Assembly: GCA_963812135.1 (NCBI GenBank)
Contig: CAWETU010000001.1
Coordinates: 2,080,001 to 2,144,000, forward strand
DNA length: 64,000 nt
Reading direction: 5' to 3'
From: Vulcanimicrobiota bacterium
Lineage (GTDB): Bacteria; Vulcanimicrobiota; Vulcanimicrobiia; Eremiobacterales; Eremiobacteraceae
Positions 59,561 through 64,000 of this stretch are shown here, in pieces. Below the pieces are notes generated by a model that was given only the letters and a program-made list of their open reading frames with translations, was not told the origin of the DNA and did no database searches. The position numbers and the translations under genes are program-made. Each line of letters starts with the position of its first letter. The first letter of the stretch is position 1.

Positions 59561-59959
59561 TCAATACGCCTTCCACGTTGAGCCGTCGCTCCATTTGACC
59601 GCGACGGCCGAGCAGCTTGACGTCTGCTTCCCGGCGTACGTCACGTCGTTGTAGAGGTCGAAGTGGTGGTCGATCTGCGTGTTCGGCTGAAAACTGCCGA
59701 CGTCGGTCACTCTGCGCAAGAACTTATTCTCGGCGTTGCGGTACCCGACGGCAAACGTGACGCTTTTTGCCGTCTTGGATCCGTTGACGACGTAGACGAT
59801 CTGGGTCCCGCCGGCGAGTTTGCTCAGCGGCTTCGGATTCGTCACAAAACAATGGTCGACGCTGATCGGGTTCGTCGCTGCGCGAACCGAAACGCTCGCC
59901 GCAGGCAGGATGGCCGCGACCGCCGCCAATGAGAGCAGCGCGGTAAGTGGTTTGGTCAT
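59561..59959 (-). CDS. Secreted Ig-like hypothetical protein
   Basis: RBS AAGGAGG, signal peptide, two Cys, VTDVGSF, VKWSDGSTW. Confidence 0.75.
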   Translation of the reverse strand: MTKPLTALLSLAAVAAILPAASVSVRAATNPISVDHCFVTNPKPLSKLAGGTQIVYVVNGSKTAKSVTFAVGYRNAENKFLRRVTDVGSFQPNTQIDHHFDLYNDVTYAGKQTSSCSAVAVKWSDGSTWKAY

Positions 59960-60045
59960 GCCGGGTCCTCCTTCAATCGCTCGTCGCGTGACAAGAGACT
60001 GCGACAGAACCCGGCAAATGACCTCGATGAACCGAGCCTGTCCGG

Positions 60046-60690
60046 TTAGCGAACAACCGCGGGTTCTTTTGCGGTGTTCCAATCAGCGGTCACTTGTGCG
60101 ATGGTGCGCAGCTGACGCTCCGGGTCCGTCGCGTACCACGCCTTGAAGTACTCGAGCCCGGCGTCATGCGCCTCTTGCGTAAACGCCGCCAACGCGTCGG
60201 TGACCCACACGAGGTCGTAACCGCGCTGGAAGGCGTCGCCGGACGTGTGGCGCGCGCAACAATCGGTGTGCAGACCGACGATGTACAGCCGCGTGATCCC
60301 GCGTTCGCGCAGCACGTCGTCAATCTCGCTGCTCACGAATGGGCTGTACGTCTGTTTGTCGAGCACGATGTCGCCGGGTTTGGGAGCGAGCTCGGGGACG
60401 ATCTCCGCTTGCTTCGTGCCGGCCATCGAATGCGGCGGCCACTTGCGCAGCTCGCTGTCGTCAGGCGTGTGGGCATCGGTCGCGTAGATGACCGTGACCC
60501 CGGCGTCGCGCGCGGCGTCGAGCAGACGTGCGAGGCCCGGCACTATGGACTGTGCGACCTTTTGATATTCGGGTCCGCCGGCGTCGGCGATCGTGCCGCC
60601 TGGATAGACGAAGTCGTTGGCCAGGTCGATGACGATGACGGCGCTGGTCCGCGGATCGATGGTGGACTGATCGGATGTGTTGTTCGACAT
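60046..60690 (-). CDS. Isochorismatase-family cysteine hydrolase
   Basis: VIDLANDF, DKQTYSPF, GLHTDCCARHT (D-K-C triad). Confidence 0.92.
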   Translation of the reverse strand: MSNNTSDQSTIDPRTSAVIVIDLANDFVYPGGTIADAGGPEYQKVAQSIVPGLARLLDAARDAGVTVIYATDAHTPDDSELRKWPPHSMAGTKQAEIVPELAPKPGDIVLDKQTYSPFVSSEIDDVLRERGITRLYIVGLHTDCCARHTSGDAFQRGYDLVWVTDALAAFTQEAHDAGLEYFKAWYATDPERQLRTIAQVTADWNTAKEPAVVR

Positions 60691-60855
60691 GTGAGAATCT
60701 CCCATTGTTGAGTGACCACGCGCCGAGGGGCCGTTTGGGCAACGCCTGAGCCGTCGGGGTTGACGGCTGCTCTCAGCGGGGAACGCATTCGCGTCGCTGG
60801 GCTACTCTCGCGGGGCGTGAACGGATTCCTGCGGCGCGTGTGGAAATCCGCAATC

Positions 60856-63632
60856 GTGGATAATACCACGGTCATCTTGCTGTTCACGGATATCCAAGGC
60901 AGCACGACTCGATGGGAGCGCGATCGCAACGCGATGGCTGCGGCGCTGCGCCGTCACGACGTGCTCATGCGCGACGCGATCTCGGGGTCGCGCGGGCGGG
61001 TCTTCAAGACCATGGGCGATCAGTTCTGCGCGGCCTTCTCCACCGTGTCCGATTCGATCGCCGCGGCGGTCCACGCGCAACGCGCGCTGGCCGCCGAAGA
61101 TTGGACCGACGTCGGCGGGCTTGACGTCCGTATGGCGATCCATGCCGGTTCCGTCGAGGAGCGCGACGGCGATTATTTCGGCCGGCCGCTCAACAAAGTG
61201 GCGCGGCTGCTCGGAATCGGCCATGGCGGCCAAGTGCTGCTCTCCGGCGCGGCCGCGGATCTGATCGCCGGCGATCTACCGGATGATACGCAACTCTCCG
61301 ATCTCGGCCAACATCGCCTCAAGGATCTCGAAGGCGTTGAGCGGGTCTTTCAATTGCGTGCGCCCGATCTGCGCGATGAGTTCCCACCGCTGCGTTCGCT
61401 CGAAGAATTCCCCAACAATCTTCCGGCGCAGCTCACGAGCTTCATCGGCCGCGAAGACGACGTCCAACGGCTGCGCAGCCAGCTCGAGACGACGCGGTTA
61501 CTGTCGCTTGTCGGCACCGGCGGCGTCGGTAAGACGCGACTGGCATTGCAGCTCGCGGCCGAATCGCTCAATCGCTTTCCCGAAGGCGTTCGCCTCGTCG
61601 ACTTGTCGCTCGTCTCGAGCGCCGACGCGGTCGCTTCGGAGGTCGCCTCGATCCTGGCGGTGCGTGCGGGCGCGGGTCAGACCGTCACCGAGTCGATCGG
61701 CGCCGCCATCGGCGACAAGCGGGTGCTCTTGCTGCTCGACGGTTGCGAACACGTCGTGCCAGCCACCGCCGCATTCGTCGACGCGATCCTGCGCTCGTGT
61801 CCGAAGGCGAGCATCATCGTCACGTCGCGTCAAGCGCTCGGCGTCGTCGGCGAGAGCGTCCACAACGTGGGTACGCTCAGCCGTTCCGCCCGAGGACACC
61901 ACGCGCGCGACGACGGCTTTGGATTTCAGCGCCGTCAAGCTCTTCGTCGAGCGTTCGATTGCGGCATCGAGCCGCTTCGCGTTGACCGATGCGAACGCGG
62001 CGATCGTCGCGCACATCTGTCGTCGCTTGGACGGAATACCGCTTGCGCTGGAGCTGGCCGCGGCGAAAATCGCGGTGCTCAGCCCGAAACAACTCTCGGA
62101 ACAACTCGACGAGCGTTTCCGGTTGCTGTCGCAGACGGGCGGCAATCGTCTGCCGCGCCAGCAGACGCTGCGCGCGCTGATCGACTGGAGCTTCGATCTT
62201 TTGGACGACCCCGAGCGAGCTGTGTTCCGGCGGTTGTCGGTTTTCGCCGGCGGATGGACGCTCCAAGCCGCGGCCGCCGTGTGCGCGGACGAGGGCATGG
62301 ATGAGTGGCAGGTCCTCGAACTGCTCTCCGCGCTTGTGTCGAAATCACTTGTGGCGGTTGAGCCGCACGACGACGATCAGCGCTATAGCATGCTGAACTC
62401 GATCCGGGAGTACAGCCGGGAACGGCTGGCCGAGGCGAATGAAGCCGGCAACACCGCCGCTCGACATGCGCGCTATTACGCCGGCTTCTTGGGCGATCTC
62501 GCAGCGTTGATCGACGCGCAGGAAGATGAGCAGTGGCAGCACGCGCTTGCGCCCGAGATCGACAACATCAGAGCGACGCTGGACTGGGCGATCGTGCAAG
62601 GCAATGACAGCGCGGCGGGCTTGCGCCTGCTCGCGCGGCTCGAATGGCCGGAACTCGTGACGACGCCACAGGAAGCGATTCGTTGGTTCGATGCGGCGGT
62701 GAAGCTGGTCGACACGACCGACGCGCTCACGAAATCGCGAGTGCTGCGGCACTATTCGCGCTTGGAGTGGCTCGTCGGGCGGCCGATCGCCCAGCGCGAA
62801 GCGACCGCGATCCTTGCGCTTGACGCGGCTGCGGCGACGTCGGACGCTGACGAGATCGCGCGCGCGCACTCAAGTCTTGGCAGCATCTATCGCGACGCCG
62901 GCCGCTTCGACGAAGCAGAGGCGCAATTCGTGGAGGCGTACAAAGCGCCTTCGGCGTTGGGCGCGATCGCTTTGAACCATGTCTTGCGCAATTGGGCAGT
63001 CACCGATCTGCAGCGTGGAGACAACGAAAAGGCGCGCCGGCGTTTCACTGAAGTCGCGAGCCGGGAGCGGCCCGGCAGCGAGGCACACGCGAGCGCGCTG
63101 CTCAATCTCGGTGAGCTCGAGTTCGCCGTCGGCAACGTCGAAGCAGCGCGCGTGGCGGCGCGCAAGGCGCGAGCGACGTTCGAACGCCTCGCCGCCGCAC
63201 CGCTCGGGCTCGTGCTGTGCAATCTCGCGGCGTACGCGATGGCGGCCGACGACTTCGACGAAGCGCGCGAACTCTTGCGCGAAGCACTCGTGCTCTTGCA
63301 GCGATCCGGGGCACGCTGGATGATCGTCGCATTAGAGCATCACGCCGTGCTTGCCGGACATGTCGGGCGATCACGAGCGCGCCGCCGTGCTGATCGGTTT
63401 CGCCGACGCGCACTACGCGAAGGGCGACACGCGCCAGCGCACCGAGCTGCACGGATACGAACGCCTGATGCGGCTTCTCTCGCAGGCTTATGCCAAGGAA
63501 GAGCTTGCAGAACGCCTAAGCGCAGGCGCGCGGCTGCGGGCCGAGCAGGCACTTGAGCACGCCGCGGCAATTAGCAACTATTCCCCACCAACGCTGGCGG
63601 CTGACGCCGCCGTACAGGGAGTGAGATCATAA
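60856..63632 (+). pseudogene. Class III adenylate/guanylate cyclase + STAND ATPase + TPR protein, frameshifted near 61880 and 63365
   Basis: LFTDIQGST, KTMGD, GDYFG..LNKVARL, GTGGVGKT, LLLDGCEH, LDGIPLALELAAA, RQQTLRALIDWS and TPR repeats across three frames. Confidence 0.85.
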
Positions 63633-63817
63633 TGGCCAGTGCCGCTCGGGACCAAGCAGATAGTCACCTTCATGCCTTCGAGCATACGATCGACGAGCTT
63701 CATCAGAAGTTGGCCGCCGCGGCTGGAGTCGACAAGGAGCGCCTGCAAAAAGCGGTCGACAAGTATAAAGCCGCGCACAAGCAGTTCCACGACGACGCGC
63801 TCGCGTGCATGAACTAG
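63632..63817 (+). CDS. Small His-rich helical protein (61 aa)
   Basis: RBS GGGAG, TAATG overlap with the cyclase gene. Confidence 0.65.
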   Translation: MASAARDQADSHLHAFEHTIDELHQKLAAAAGVDKERLQKAVDKYKAAHKQFHDDALACMN

Positions 63818-64000
63818 CGCCTGCCGGTCGACGGCTCCCGTAACGCGCTCTCGATAGCAACGCCGATCGGTACCCCCAGGCCCGTGCACGGATCCCATCC
63901 GGCACCGGCGTGGAATGTGCCGTTGCTTCCGTCAACGACGTCGACGAAAAGCGCCTTGTCCGATTTTCGGTAGAGAATCGGCGCGAAGAAGCCTGCGCGG
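63814..64000 (-). CDS. S53 (sedolisin/kumamolisin) peptidase C-terminus, truncated by window edge
   Basis: Manual translation GFFAPILY...FVDVVDGSNGTFHAGAGWDPCTGLGVP...*. Confidence 0.8.
   Translation of the reverse strand, partial: RAGFFAPILYRKSDKALFVDVVDGSNGTFHAGAGWDPCTGLGVPIGVAIESALREPSTGRR

Noticed and set aside
4571..63632. Programmed frameshifting or phase variation at the broken genes
   Set aside because: No long homopolymers, simple repeats or shared slippery sites; uniform +1 pattern fits sequencing error.

Overview
GC-rich bacterial chromosomal window of about 60 genes. Gene content tentatively suggests a soil diderm such as Ca. Eremiobacterota (inference only). The core is a rearranged minus-strand translation operon: pxpBCA-rimP-(ICMT gene), then nusA-ylxR-infB-(acidic TPR-like gene)-rbfA-nrnA-truB-(secreted gene)-ribF-(paralogous secreted gene). 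Around it are accessory genes: many uncharacterised secreted proteins and lipoproteins, an RND pump, an AAC(6')-I-like acetyltransferase, DUF1800/DUF1501, tandem PQQ-type sugar dehydrogenases, a DUF2249-Crp/Fnr fusion and a cyclase-STAND-TPR protein. The strongest non-coding signal is a 25-bp GTAG-type REP-like palindrome (minus strand TGTAGCGGTCGAATTTATTCGACCG). I found 11 dispersed single copies plus two remnants, all in the same orientation, several touching or supplying stop codons. There is also a candidate promoter-driven structured ncRNA near 10.0-10.2 kb and a rimP-leader-like attenuator placed directly before nusA. Five, possibly six, +1 frameshifts look like assembly errors. No rRNA, tRNA, CRISPR array, transposase or integrase was recognised.
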